NCBI GenBank assembly: GCA_033852095.1
Contig: JAWSVD010000029.1
Coordinates: 6,266 to 70,265, forward strand
Source of the DNA: Granulosicoccaceae bacterium
Lineage (GTDB): Bacteria; Pseudomonadota; Gammaproteobacteria; CALCKW01
DNA: 64,000 nt
Reading direction: 5' to 3'
Numbering within the stretch: position 1 is the first letter of the stretch; every line of letters begins with the position of its first letter. Shown here one piece after another: positions 1-9,350 of the stretch. Made by a program: the position numbers and the translations under genes. The notes beneath the pieces are model-generated. The model did no database searches, had not been told where the DNA came from, and saw only the letters and a program-made list of their open reading frames with translations.

Positions 1-50
1 AAAAGACTGTATTGGGGCAACGATCCAGCCACCGCTGCCCCAGCCGCCAA

Positions 51-905
51 TCATGACTTGCCAGCTATTCCCTCGAATTCAGCCAGCTCATCAGCGCTGA
101 GCCCGTAGGGGCTGGCAGCAGCCCGCACCTGTGGCGGCTCCATGGGCTGAGGTGTAGGCACAAAAGCTGGGCCAGGCACTATGACTAGTTCAGGCAACAT
201 TACTGGCTCAGGCACGACAGCCGGCGCGGGCGCCAAAATCAGCGCAGCCTTGGCTGGCGGCTCAGGGTTGATTTGTTTTTTGCCGAGCGCCATGCGCACA
301 CCCAGTGAAAAGCGCGTGCCATCATCGAGAGCAATCTCCGCCTTGGCACTGAACTGATCGTTGATAGCAACGACCACACCCGCCAAAGCAACAACACTTG
401 TGTCGCCATCTGAAAAGCCTATGCTCACGCCAGCAAAGACCTCTTCCGCAGTTAAAACACTGCCGCCAATGGCTTTGTTACCCAGCATGTGGCGCAGTTG
501 CCCACCGAGGACAAAACCCGTATCGCTGAACGCCAGCCCGCTCGCCTTTGCCTCGGCACGGGTCAATCGGGCCGACAGGTCCACGTCAGTATTGTCAAAG
601 CCTACAATGCCGGAAAAATAACGCCCCCCGACCGAGATCAGTGTGCTGGTGACATCGGCGTTGGCGACATCGGCACCGAGGCGGTCGTAGCGCCCCATCA
701 ACGCCACATGAGGGCGGATCTCGTAGGAGCCGCGCAGGCCAATGCCCTTGTAGTCATCCGGATGGATCAACAAATTGGCCTCGACATAACTGTATTGAGC
801 AGCACTGTCGTGCTCTGGCCCCATGAACTTTTGGCCCCCTGCTGCGTGCGCGTTAACGCCGAAGACAGAAACCGTCGCGACGGCCAAAGTTTGCCATGCT
901 TTCAT
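51..905 (-). CDS. outer-membrane beta-barrel protein (OmpA-like/porin-type N-terminal barrel, proline-rich C-terminal tail)
   Basis: 284-aa ORF with a classic signal peptide (MKAWQTLAVATVSVFGVNAHA). Alternating amphipathic beta-strand pattern with aromatic strand ends (GGRYF, FVLGGQL), then a Pro-rich PEPVMLPELVIVPGPAFVPTPQP tail. Family assignment is approximate. Confidence 0.55.
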   Translation of the reverse strand: MKAWQTLAVATVSVFGVNAHAAGGQKFMGPEHDSAAQYSYVEANLLIHPDDYKGIGLRGSYEIRPHVALMGRYDRLGADVANADVTSTLISVGGRYFSGIVGFDNTDVDLSARLTRAEAKASGLAFSDTGFVLGGQLRHMLGNKAIGGSVLTAEEVFAGVSIGFSDGDTSVVALAGVVVAINDQFSAKAEIALDDGTRFSLGVRMALGKKQINPEPPAKAALILAPAPAVVPEPVMLPELVIVPGPAFVPTPQPMEPPQVRAAASPYGLSADELAEFEGIAGKS

Positions 906-1077
906 TATTCCCCACTCGCCTGCAATCAGGTCGACAACAAAGTTAAGGTGCGTTTTGACTACAAACGAACCGCCTAGGTGGGGAAAACAAAGCTCAAGCC
1001 GCGCCAGTTAGTAGCCGCCGGGCAATAAAAGACATTAGCTTGCCAAAACTTAAGGAAGGACAAAGCCGGTTGGCAGC

Positions 1078-1087
1078 GGGGGGGGGG
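1078..1087. repeat. homopolymeric G10 (C10 on minus strand) tract in the yfhL 3' / omp 5' intergenic region
   Basis: Ten consecutive G counted directly at 1078-1087. It lies 18 nt past the yfhL stop and about 170 bp upstream of the omp start (both genes on the minus strand). Confidence 0.9.
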
Positions 1088-1104
1088 CAGACTTACCGAG
1101 CGGA

Positions 1105-1368
<264 letters not shown>

Positions 1369-1467
1369 TCATGTGCGCAGGGGGGCTTTCGGCCAAATTT
1401 ATCGTTAATCCAGCCAGTGGGCACTCACAGGCCCAGCCAAAGCGGAAAGCGCGACTTCCCCTTTGCT

Positions 1468-1500
1468 TCAAAACCAAAGCCCCACTAAGAGCTTGGTTTT
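1468..1500 (-). terminator. weak hairpin terminator between coaD and yfhL
   Basis: aaaaCCAAAGC-cccactaaga-GCTTGGtttt: imperfect stem flanked by an A-tract and a T-tract, so it could act in either direction. Confidence 0.3.
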
Positions 1501-1549
1501 GTCATTACATCTTCACGCAGGCATATCCCGCGCCGAAAAACAGCCTGAA

Positions 1550-2047
1550 TTAATCAGCGCCGCCGGTATTGTACACCTCTTGCAGCGCCGCCAAGACAAC
1601 CGGGTGCACAAAGCCACTGACATCACCGTCCAGGCTGGCGATCTCACGCACCATGCTGGACGACAGAAATTGATACTCTTGGCTGGCGGCAACAAAGATC
1701 GTCTCGATGGCGGGGTCCATACTGCGGTTCAGATTGGCCAGTTGCACCTCGTATTCGAAGTCCCCTATGGCGCGCAGGCCCCGCACGATCACGCTGTCTT
1801 CCTGGGTGGCGGCGAATCGGTTGAGCAGACCCGTAAACGGCGCGACTTCCACGTTGGGCAGATCGGCCAGCACCTGCGTCGCCAGCGCGACACGCTGTTC
1901 CAGGTCAAAAATGGTGTTTTTACCCGTGTTATTGGCAACCGCTACCAGCACTTTGTCGAAAATAGCGGAAGCGCGGTTCACCACGTCTTCGTGGCCGCGC
2001 GTCATCGGGTCAAATGTACCCGGGTAAATTACCATCTTTGCCATCAA
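1550..2047 (-). CDS. coaD: phosphopantetheine adenylyltransferase
   Basis: 165 aa with IYPGTFDP(M/I)T.GH nucleotidyltransferase motif and RGLRAIGDFEYE...SSS.VRE. Strong match to E. coli CoaD. Confidence 0.9.
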   Translation of the reverse strand: MMAKMVIYPGTFDPMTRGHEDVVNRASAIFDKVLVAVANNTGKNTIFDLEQRVALATQVLADLPNVEVAPFTGLLNRFAATQEDSVIVRGLRAIGDFEYEVQLANLNRSMDPAIETIFVAASQEYQFLSSSMVREIASLDGDVSGFVHPVVLAALQEVYNTGGAD

Positions 2048-2095
2048 TTACGCCTTGATTGGTGCAGTGCAGCATGATGCCGCATTTCAACGGGT

Positions 2096-2680
2096 CTAAC
2101 AAGTATCGCTTGAAACTACTTGGAACAGCTTAACTGCAGTCCCCCCTGATATCCTCTCTTTTTTAAGTTGCCAGCGACAGGGCCAATGCGGTGCTTGATG
2201 ATTCGAATCGTCCTCCACGTACACCCAAGCGCCCGGATTGAGACAGTTATCCACCTCTGGCAGCACCGCGCTCAACAGCTTCTGGGCAAACGGCGGGTCT
2301 AAAAACACCAGATCAAAACACTGCTCGTTGGCGCTCAGAAAGCGCTGCCAATCATCGCAGTGCACCTCGGCGTCCGCGCCGAGTGTGGCCACGTTACTCT
2401 CCAACTGCCGGGCCGCCTGCCGGTTTAACTCCACCGCCTGCAGGCTGGCCGCCCCCCTGGACAACGCCTCCAACCCCAGCGCACCGGAACCGGCGAACAG
2501 ATCCAAACACACCGCTCCCGGCACCACACCCTGCAGCCAGTTGAACAGAGTCTCCCGCTGCCTGTCACCCGTGGGCCGAAGACCCGGCAGCGCCAGCACT
2601 GGCAGGCGCCGCCCGCGCCAACGCCCCGCGACGATGCGCACGCTGCTCTCGCGGGTGTGATTTCTATTTGATCTCGCCAT
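2096..2680 (-). CDS. rsmD: 16S rRNA (guanine966-N2)-methyltransferase
   Basis: GRWRGRRLPV...GLRPT.DR.RETLFNWL...CLDLFAGSGALGLEALSRGA...FLDPPF motifs. Start placed at MARSN (internal Met of the longer ORF 2096..2767). Divergent from ftsY as in E. coli. Confidence 0.8.
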   Translation of the reverse strand: MARSNRNHTRESSVRIVAGRWRGRRLPVLALPGLRPTGDRQRETLFNWLQGVVPGAVCLDLFAGSGALGLEALSRGAASLQAVELNRQAARQLESNVATLGADAEVHCDDWQRFLSANEQCFDLVFLDPPFAQKLLSAVLPEVDNCLNPGAWVYVEDDSNHQAPHWPCRWQLKKERISGGTAVKLFQVVSSDTC

Positions 2681-2842
2681 CAATCTCGCCGTCTGCCTGC
2701 TCTGGGTGAGCTGGGTAAATACTCTCGAAGAGTGCCGCCTGCAAGTGAAGATGCTAAAATAAGCCATCTAAATTGCAGCCCTAGTTTAGTTCGGTACCGC
2801 CGAGCACGCTGCCACTTTTTTGCCCGCCACTATCGGTACTTC

Positions 2843-3820
2843 ATGAAACTGTTCAGCTTTCTTCGCGGTGGAGATAAACAAGAAAAAACCGCCGCCCCAG
2901 CCGAAAAAAAACTCAGCCAAAAAATCAGCAAAACAGGCTCTCGTTTTCGCAAGGGTTTGCTGGCTCGGCTGCTGGGCAAATCGGTGGTCGACGAGGAATT
3001 GCTGGAAGAGCTCGAGAGCGAGCTGCTGATGGCCGACGTGGGTGTGCCCACGACTACCGCCATCATGGCAGAGCTGCAACAGCAGATCGGCAAGGGCGAA
3101 ACCACCCCAGAACAGCTGCGCGAGACGCTGCGAACGGTTTTATTGCAGCAACTGAGCGGCGCACAGAGCCCACTCGAGATAACAGCTGGCGACGCTCCCT
3201 ACGTGATCCTCGTGGTCGGCGTGAACGGCTCGGGCAAGACAACCACCATCGGCAAACTGGCAAAACAGCTGCAATCGAGCGGTTTGTCGGTGATGCTCGC
3301 CGCGGGCGACACCTTCAGGGCTGCCGCTGTCGAGCAGCTGCAGACCTGGGGCGAACGCAACAATGTCCCCGTGGTCGCACAGGGCACCGGTTCTGATTCC
3401 GCCTCCGTCATTTATGACGCGCTTGAGTCGGCCCGCGCCAAGGGCATCAATGTGCTGATCGCAGACACAGCCGGCCGGCTGCAAACCCAGGCCAACCTGA
3501 TGGACGAGCTGGCCAAGGTGGTACGCGTGATGGGCAAGCTGGACGATTCCGCCCCACACGAAGTGCTGCTGGTACTGGACGGCAGCACCGGGCAAAACGC
3601 CCTGAGCCAAGCGCGTATGTTCCGCGAGCGCGCGGGCGTCAGCGGCCTGGCTCTGACCAAGCTTGACGGCACGGCAAAAGGCGGCGTGATTTTCGCCATT
3701 GCCAAAGAGCTCGGGCTGCCCTTGCGCTTTATCGGCGTCGGCGAGGGCATCGACGATCTGAGACCCTTTATCGCCACCGAATTTGTAGACGCGCTGCTTG
3801 ATAACGAGGCGGCAGAATGA
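2843..3820 (+). CDS. ftsY: signal recognition particle receptor FtsY
   Basis: SRP54-type GTPase: GVNGSGKTTTIGKLA, DTAGR, TKLDGTAKGG. Start taken at MKLFSFL. The stop overlaps the ftsE start (ATGA). Confidence 0.9.
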   Translation: MKLFSFLRGGDKQEKTAAPAEKKLSQKISKTGSRFRKGLLARLLGKSVVDEELLEELESELLMADVGVPTTTAIMAELQQQIGKGETTPEQLRETLRTVLLQQLSGAQSPLEITAGDAPYVILVVGVNGSGKTTTIGKLAKQLQSSGLSVMLAAGDTFRAAAVEQLQTWGERNNVPVVAQGTGSDSASVIYDALESARAKGINVLIADTAGRLQTQANLMDELAKVVRVMGKLDDSAPHEVLLVLDGSTGQNALSQARMFRERAGVSGLALTKLDGTAKGGVIFAIAKELGLPLRFIGVGEGIDDLRPFIATEFVDALLDNEAAE

Positions 3821-4500
3821 TCCGCCTCTACAAAGTCAGCAAGCGCTACCCGGACAGCGGCGGCGCGGCCCTGAGCAACATCAACCTGGAAATCCCGCGC
3901 GGGGCCATGGGTTTTATCACCGGTCACTCAGGCGCGGGCAAAAGCAGCCTGCTGAAAATGCTCGCCGCCATCGAAAAACCCACCGGCGGCGACATCCAGG
4001 TAGCGGGTCTGGATCTGGCGCACTTGCCGCACAGCGAATTGCCTGCCTTCCGCCGCCGCATCGGTGTTGTCTTTCAAGAGAACAGGCTGCTCTACGACCG
4101 CTCAGTGGGCGAGAACGTGGCGCTGCCGCTGGAAGTCTGCAATGTGCGCGCGGAAGACACCGAACGCCGCGTACGCGCCGCGCTTGAACGCGTGGGACTG
4201 GGCGAATTCTACGACGCCATGCCCCGGCAGTTGTCGGGTGGCGAGCAACAGCGGGTCAGTATTGCTCGCGCCGTGGTCAACCGCCCTGAGCTGATCATCG
4301 CCGACGAGCCCACCGGCAATCTGGACCGCAAATTGGCGCAGGACATCATGCGCCTGTTCTGGGACTTCAACCGCATCGGCGCCACCGTGCTGGTCGCCAC
4401 ACACGACACCGACATGATCGAACAGATGGAAATGCCGGTGGTGGAACTGCGCAACGGCAAAGTTCTGCACAATGAATTCTATGAGGCAGCACCGCAATGA
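3817..4500 (+). CDS. ftsE: cell-division ABC transporter ATP-binding protein FtsE
   Basis: Walker A GHSGAGKSSLLK, ABC signature LSGGEQQRVSIARA, Walker B LIIADEPTGNLD. Sits in the conserved ftsYEX order. Confidence 0.92.
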   Translation: MIRLYKVSKRYPDSGGAALSNINLEIPRGAMGFITGHSGAGKSSLLKMLAAIEKPTGGDIQVAGLDLAHLPHSELPAFRRRIGVVFQENRLLYDRSVGENVALPLEVCNVRAEDTERRVRAALERVGLGEFYDAMPRQLSGGEQQRVSIARAVVNRPELIIADEPTGNLDRKLAQDIMRLFWDFNRIGATVLVATHDTDMIEQMEMPVVELRNGKVLHNEFYEAAPQ

Positions 4501-5447
4501 GCCGTGCAAGCTCCGCGAGCAGTTCAAACGCTGGCCTGACGCAGCAGAGTTTTGCCGAGCGCCAGACGCGCGTCATCAAAAGCACGGCGAAGCGCCTGAT
4601 CGCCACCCCGCTCGGCACCTCACTGACCATCGCCGTTATCGCCATCGCGCTCGCCCTGCCCGCCACCTTCTTTGCCTGTGTTGGCAGCCTGCAGGAGCTG
4701 GGCATGAGCTGGCGCGGCAATACCCGCGTCACCGTGTACCTGGAGCAATCCCAGGACGACGCCGCGGGCGAGGCCCTGGCACAGCAACTCAGCCTCAGGC
4801 CCGACATCCACAACGCGGTCCACATCGGCAAGGAACAAGCCGCCGCAGACTTCGCCATGTGGACCGGCTTTGACGACCTGCTCGCCAGCCTGGACGAGAA
4901 CCCCCTGCCCGGCGCCATCGTCATTGAACCCGCGATAGATCTGAGTGATGAAAACGCCATGCAAACCCTCGCCACCGAGCTGGGCTCCCTGGACGGCGTG
5001 GCCAGCGCCGACATGGACATTCGCTGGTTAGAGCGCCTGAACGCCGTGCTGCGGTTGCTCAACACAGGCATCGCCATCGTCGCATCCTTGCTGGCCGTTG
5101 CGGTCGTCATTACCGTGGGCAACACCCTGCGCCTGGACATCCAGGCCCGCCGCGAAGAGATCGTGGTCGCCCAGCTGGTCGGCGCCACGGATCACTTTGT
5201 ACAAAAACCCTTCATGGTCACCGGCCTGATGTACGGCTTGAGCGGCGGTTTTTTGGCCGCGGTGCTGAGCAGTGCGGCCATCACCCTGTTGAACAGCCCC
5301 GTGGGCGCATTGGCCGCGGAGTACCAATCAAACTTCCGCCTCTCGGGACTGGGCATCGGCGGCTTTGCCACCCTTGTCGTGGTGGGCGCTGCACTCGGCC
5401 TGTGCGGTGCCTGGCTGACAGCGCGGCAGTACATCTATCACCGTTAG
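4497..5447 (+). CDS. ftsX: cell-division ABC transporter permease FtsX
   Basis: 316 aa with 4 predicted TM segments and a periplasmic loop. Start overlaps the ftsE stop. Position after ftsE. Confidence 0.9.
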   Translation: MSRASSASSSNAGLTQQSFAERQTRVIKSTAKRLIATPLGTSLTIAVIAIALALPATFFACVGSLQELGMSWRGNTRVTVYLEQSQDDAAGEALAQQLSLRPDIHNAVHIGKEQAAADFAMWTGFDDLLASLDENPLPGAIVIEPAIDLSDENAMQTLATELGSLDGVASADMDIRWLERLNAVLRLLNTGIAIVASLLAVAVVITVGNTLRLDIQARREEIVVAQLVGATDHFVQKPFMVTGLMYGLSGGFLAAVLSSAAITLLNSPVGALAAEYQSNFRLSGLGIGGFATLVVVGAALGLCGAWLTARQYIYHR

Positions 5448-5750
5448 CAGGCCCTCAACTGTCATGGGCAAAACCGCATTGTGTTTTTGATGGCACCGCA
5501 ACCGTTGCTTTGATTTTTTTAGTCATTAGACAAAATATCAACGACTTAAAGCCATTAAGATCAGCGCAACAAGCCATATCGATAGCGTCCACGGCAACAC
5601 CGCACCCCGCTACCCTGCCGGTACGGCTGCAGATCCTGAAACGGGCATTTTTTGTGCTTCAACTCTCGAATCGATGAGAATTTCTCCTAAATCAGATGTA
5701 TAGAAGTGTAAATATTGGCACTTAGCCCTTCAAAACACCGCGCGTTTAGG

Positions 5751-5778
5751 GGAACCTAAGCCGTAATTAGCACTCTAA
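5751..5778 (+). promoter_or_regulatory. candidate RpoE/AlgU-type (sigma-E) promoter upstream of rpoH
   Basis: GGAACCT (5751-5757), a 16-nt spacer, then TCTAA (5774-5778). This matches the GGAACTT-N16-TCTGA class, about 48 nt upstream of the rpoH ATG. rpoH P3 in E. coli and rpoH in P. aeruginosa are sigma-E/AlgU dependent. Confidence 0.3.
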
Positions 5779-5825
5779 ACTCTCGAGTGCTAAAATATTG
5801 CACAACAACCCTTTGAGGTAAAAGC

Positions 5826-6692
5826 ATGTCTACAGCTCTAGTCGCCCAACAATCCGGGCTGTCACTGCCGTCGGTTGGTAACGATCTCAGTGGCTATTTT
5901 TCACGCATTGCCGACATTCCCGTTCTGACAGCAGAAGAAGAACGGGATTTGGCCGAGCGCCTTCGCGATCACGACGATCTCGAAGCAGCCCGGCGCCTGA
6001 TCCTCGCTCAGTTAAAGTTTGTGGTGCACATCGCACGCGGCTACAACGGCTATGGCCTACCATTGGCGGACCTGGTACAAGAGGGCAACATTGGCCTCAT
6101 GAAGGCCGTCAAACGCTTTGACCCCACCGTGGGCGTGCGTCTTATTTCCTTCGCTGTGCACTGGATTCGCGCGGAGATTCACGAATTCGTGATCCGCAAT
6201 TGGCGCATCGTCAAAGTTGCCACCACCAAAGCTCAGCGCAAGCTGTTCTTTAAATTGCGCGGCAACAAAAAGCGTCTGGGTTGGTTCAGCGCCGCTGAAG
6301 TCGAGACAGTTGCTGAAAACTTGGGCGTCACACCCGCGCAAGTCCTGGAGATGGAGCGCCGCCTGGCCAGCCATGACGCAGCCTTTGATGGCGCAAGCGG
6401 CGACGATGAAGGCACAAGCGCCCTCGCCCCCGCTCAGTACTTGCAACAGGACAACGCCGACCCAGCGCAGATTCACGAACGTGAAAGCCACAGCGCAGAT
6501 CAAAACTCAGCGCTGAGCACGGCACTGCACGGCTTGGACGAGCGCAGCCGCGATATCCTGCAGCGCCGCTGGCTGGACGAAGACAAGACCACGCTGCAGG
6601 AATTGGCAGCCGAGTACAGCGTCTCCGCGGAGCGCATTCGCCAGATCGAAAAATCGGCGATGGCAAAAATGCGCAAGGTGATGGTCGCTTAA
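5826..6692 (+). CDS. rpoH: RNA polymerase sigma-32 factor RpoH
   Basis: 288 aa with region 2 ([19 protein letters not shown]), the RpoH box (QRKLFFKLR) and region 4 ([20 protein letters not shown]). Position after ftsX as in E. coli and Pseudomonas. Confidence 0.93.
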   Translation: MSTALVAQQSGLSLPSVGNDLSGYFSRIADIPVLTAEEERDLAERLRDHDDLEAARRLILAQLKFVVHIARGYNGYGLPLADLVQEGNIGLMKAVKRFDPTVGVRLISFAVHWIRAEIHEFVIRNWRIVKVATTKAQRKLFFKLRGNKKRLGWFSAAEVETVAENLGVTPAQVLEMERRLASHDAAFDGASGDDEGTSALAPAQYLQQDNADPAQIHERESHSADQNSALSTALHGLDERSRDILQRRWLDEDKTTLQELAAEYSVSAERIRQIEKSAMAKMRKVMVA

Positions 6693-6721
6693 GGCCTCAG
6701 ATTTTCGCCAAGCGCAGCAAC

Positions 6722-6749
6722 AAAAAACCGCGAATTTCGCGGTTTTTTG
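6722..6749 (+). terminator. rho-independent terminator of rpoH
   Basis: aaaaaaCCGCGAAtttCGCGGtttttt: perfect 7-bp GC-rich stem followed by a T6 run, 30 bp after the rpoH stop. Confidence 0.8.
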
Positions 6750-6809
6750 CGTTGCGGCTTAGATGTCCAGCTGCAATCTGCGCGGTCATAGCCAAACCCA
6801 AACACCAAG

Positions 6810-6900
6810 CCACGCGGATGCGCTTCGCTTATACGCCCTACTGGTGCGTGCCCACTTCGGTTTTTATCGAGATCCGTAGGGCCGATAAGCCACAGAGGCA
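6810..6900. repeat. REP-like element pair (inverted orientation)
   Basis: GCGGATGCGCTTCGCTTATACGCCCTAC (6814-6841) and GTAGGGCCGATAAGCC (6876-6891). Same family as the array at 17231-17636. Its layout resembles the E. coli REP consensus (GATGCG...CTTATC.GGCCTAC). Confidence 0.5.
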
Positions 6901-7395
6901 TTTGTGGCATGCCCAAACACATGCACTGGGTCAGGGAGGCCTCGCCCTCCCCCTTGTAGGCTCGAGTGAGTAGCGCAGCATTGGCGGGATGAAGTGGCGC
7001 GGGTGTTTGAGCGGAGCGAGTTTCCGTGCCACCCCGCCAGTACGAGCAACGCAGCGGTTTTGCGCAGCAAATCGAGAATGCGGGCGTGATTTTTTCCCTA
7101 GGTTTTGTTCACACAAAAAGTAGGTCGCCGCCCGGCGAGAGAGGGCATCGAAGCCACAAAACCAAGCCGCCACATCGAGACGATCAGACCGAGACGATCC
7201 ACCGCCCGTGAGAATAAAGACACACAAGCCAAGCAACCAAGGCATCTCATGCCTCGCCTGCAGCGAAGCGCCATGACGGGCTACGAACAGCAGCACCGTG
7301 CAACCCGAAGGGCAGACAAAGCAGGGCGTCTCCGCTGCATGCGCCGAAGTCACCACTGAACACGGCTTGCGCTAGGAACCGTATTTAGACGGCCT

Positions 7396-8316
7396 TCAGG
7401 CGAACAATCCCATCAGCGACGGCAGGTAGTGATCCAACAACAAGACGCCGAACAGGTACATCAGGTACTGGATCGACACCACAAAGGTGCGCATGGGCTG
7501 CTTGTCGCGTGACTCGTCCATCATCAGGATCACGTGATAAAAAAACCAAGCATTCAGCACCACGGCGCCGGCGAGGTAGAGCACGCCGCTCATGCCGATC
7601 AAATAGGGCACCAGCGTCACCAGCACCAGCAGCACGGTGTAAAGCAAGACTTGTAGCCGCGTGTAGGCGACGCCGTGCGTCACCGGCAACATGGGGATAT
7701 CGACCCGGGCGTAATCGTCACGTCGGTGTATCGCCAGCGCCCAAAAGTGCGGTGGCGTCCAGATAAAGACGATCAAAAACAACAACAGCGGCTCGGCCGT
7801 GACCTCCCCCGTCATCGCCGCCCAACCCAGCACCGGCGGCATAGCACCGGCGGCACCGCCAATCACAATGTTCTGCGGTGTCGCTCTCTTGAGGTACATG
7901 GTGTAGACAACCGCGTAGCCAATCAAGGAGAAAAATGTCAGCACGGCGGTGAGCGGGTTGACCAAGAACCACAGGATCAACATGGCCACGCCGCCGATGC
8001 TCAGCGCAAACACCAGTGTCTCTTTGGTGCTGAGCTTACCCTGCGGCAGAGGACGGCTGCGTGTGCGCGCCATCTCGGCGTCGGCTTTCTGATCGATGAC
8101 ATGATTGATGGCAGCGGCCGATGCAGAGGCCAAGCCTATGCCCAGCGTGCCGAACAGCAGCGGTTCGAACGCCATCAGGCCCGGCGTGGAGAGCGCCATG
8201 CCCACCAGAGCCGTGAACACCAGCAACAACACAACTTTTGGTTTGCACACCTCCAGATAATCGCGCCATTGGCGTCGATCATTCACGGGCTGCTGATCCA
8301 CTGTTTTCGCGTTCAA
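7396..8316 (-). CDS. ctaB: protoheme IX farnesyltransferase (heme O synthase)
   Basis: 306 aa polytopic UbiA-family protein (YLEVCKPKVV..., D-rich motifs). Overlaps the ctaA stop. Sits in the cox assembly operon. Confidence 0.88.
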   Translation of the reverse strand: MNAKTVDQQPVNDRRQWRDYLEVCKPKVVLLLVFTALVGMALSTPGLMAFEPLLFGTLGIGLASASAAAINHVIDQKADAEMARTRSRPLPQGKLSTKETLVFALSIGGVAMLILWFLVNPLTAVLTFFSLIGYAVVYTMYLKRATPQNIVIGGAAGAMPPVLGWAAMTGEVTAEPLLLFLIVFIWTPPHFWALAIHRRDDYARVDIPMLPVTHGVAYTRLQVLLYTVLLVLVTLVPYLIGMSGVLYLAGAVVLNAWFFYHVILMMDESRDKQPMRTFVVSIQYLMYLFGVLLLDHYLPSLMGLFA

Positions 8317-9350
8317 AGCTTGTTCTCACTGTCGGGACGGACACTGGTGTCCGAGTCGCTGCGCAGCCTGTACAGCAGCGCAACCAAAGTCAATAAACAC
8401 AGGGCCGCACCGCCGTTGTGCGCAGTCGCTACCGCCAGCGGCAAGACAAAAATGACGTTGCTGATGCCGAGTGTAAATTGGGCCAGTATAACGGCTATCA
8501 GAACCTTGGCCCAGCGCCGCACGGCTGGAGCGACTTCCGCGCGCAAGGCGCACACTGCCAGCCACAACAAGCACACCGCTGTCACCACCGCCCAGACGCG
8601 GTGACTGAGGTGCACCGTGACCCGCGATACATGGCTGAGCACACCACCTTCGTAATCCACACCCAGACCGCGCCAGAGCGTGAATGCATCACCAAAATCT
8701 GTGCTCGGCAGCCACACGCCCTGGCACTTGGGGAAATCCGGACACGCCAGGGCCGCGTAATTGGTGCTGGTCCAACCGCCTAAGAATATCTGCACGATAA
8801 GCACCGCTAAGCCACCCCACATGCCTAGGCGCAACCACGCTGGCCCACCGCTGGCAACGCGCACCGCCCGCGTCCGCAGCCACATCAACCAGAGCAGTGA
8901 CAAGGTGGCGAAGCCGCCGAACAAGTGCGCGGTCACCACCGCTGGTTTTACCAGCAGGGTAACTGTCCACATGCCGAGCAGGCCCTGAAAAATAACCAGC
9001 CCCAACAGCAGCACCGCGTGCTTGACCGGCGCTCCGGCACGGCGATGCCGCCAGGCGATCACCGCCATGATCAGCACCACCAGGCCGAGCAGAGACGCAA
9101 TGTAGCGGTGGATCATCTCCTTCCAGGCCTTGGCGGCCTCCACCGGGCGGTCGGGGAAAGCCGAGTTCGCCGCCGAGACATCCTCCACCGCTTCCGGCAC
9201 CCCGAGAAAACCGTAACAACCCGGCCAATCGGGGCAGCCCAAGCCCGCGTGCGAGAGGCGGACATAGGCCCCTAAAACGACCACGACCAGCGCCATGATA
9301 GTCGCCACTGCCGCCAGTCGGCGCAAGCTCACTGCGTACGTTTTCATCAA
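8313..9350 (-). CDS. ctaA: heme A synthase (COX15/CtaA)
   Basis: 345 aa, 8 TM segments, conserved Cys pair GCPDWPGCYG and His-containing helices. Adjacent to ctaB. Confidence 0.85.
   Translation of the reverse strand: MMKTYAVSLRRLAAVATIMALVVVVLGAYVRLSHAGLGCPDWPGCYGFLGVPEAVEDVSAANSAFPDRPVEAAKAWKEMIHRYIASLLGLVVLIMAVIAWRHRRAGAPVKHAVLLLGLVIFQGLLGMWTVTLLVKPAVVTAHLFGGFATLSLLWLMWLRTRAVRVASGGPAWLRLGMWGGLAVLIVQIFLGGWTSTNYAALACPDFPKCQGVWLPSTDFGDAFTLWRGLGVDYEGGVLSHVSRVTVHLSHRVWAVVTAVCLLWLAVCALRAEVAPAVRRWAKVLIAVILAQFTLGISNVIFVLPLAVATAHNGGAALCLLTLVALLYRLRSDSDTSVRPDSENKL

Noticed and set aside
4367-5188. Long antisense ORFs opposite real genes, e.g. 4367..5188(-) vs ftsX, 14404..15648(+) vs coxB, 20058..20930(-) vs gltD, 32984..33865(-) vs the SPOR gene, 37974..38711(-) vs gltB, 51166..52053(+) vs trkA, 53957..55171(+) vs ntrY, 61475..62104(-) vs dprA
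   Set aside because: Typical high-GC artefacts. Products are Arg/Ala/Gly/Pro-rich with no recognisable domains, while the opposite strand carries clearly identifiable conserved proteins.
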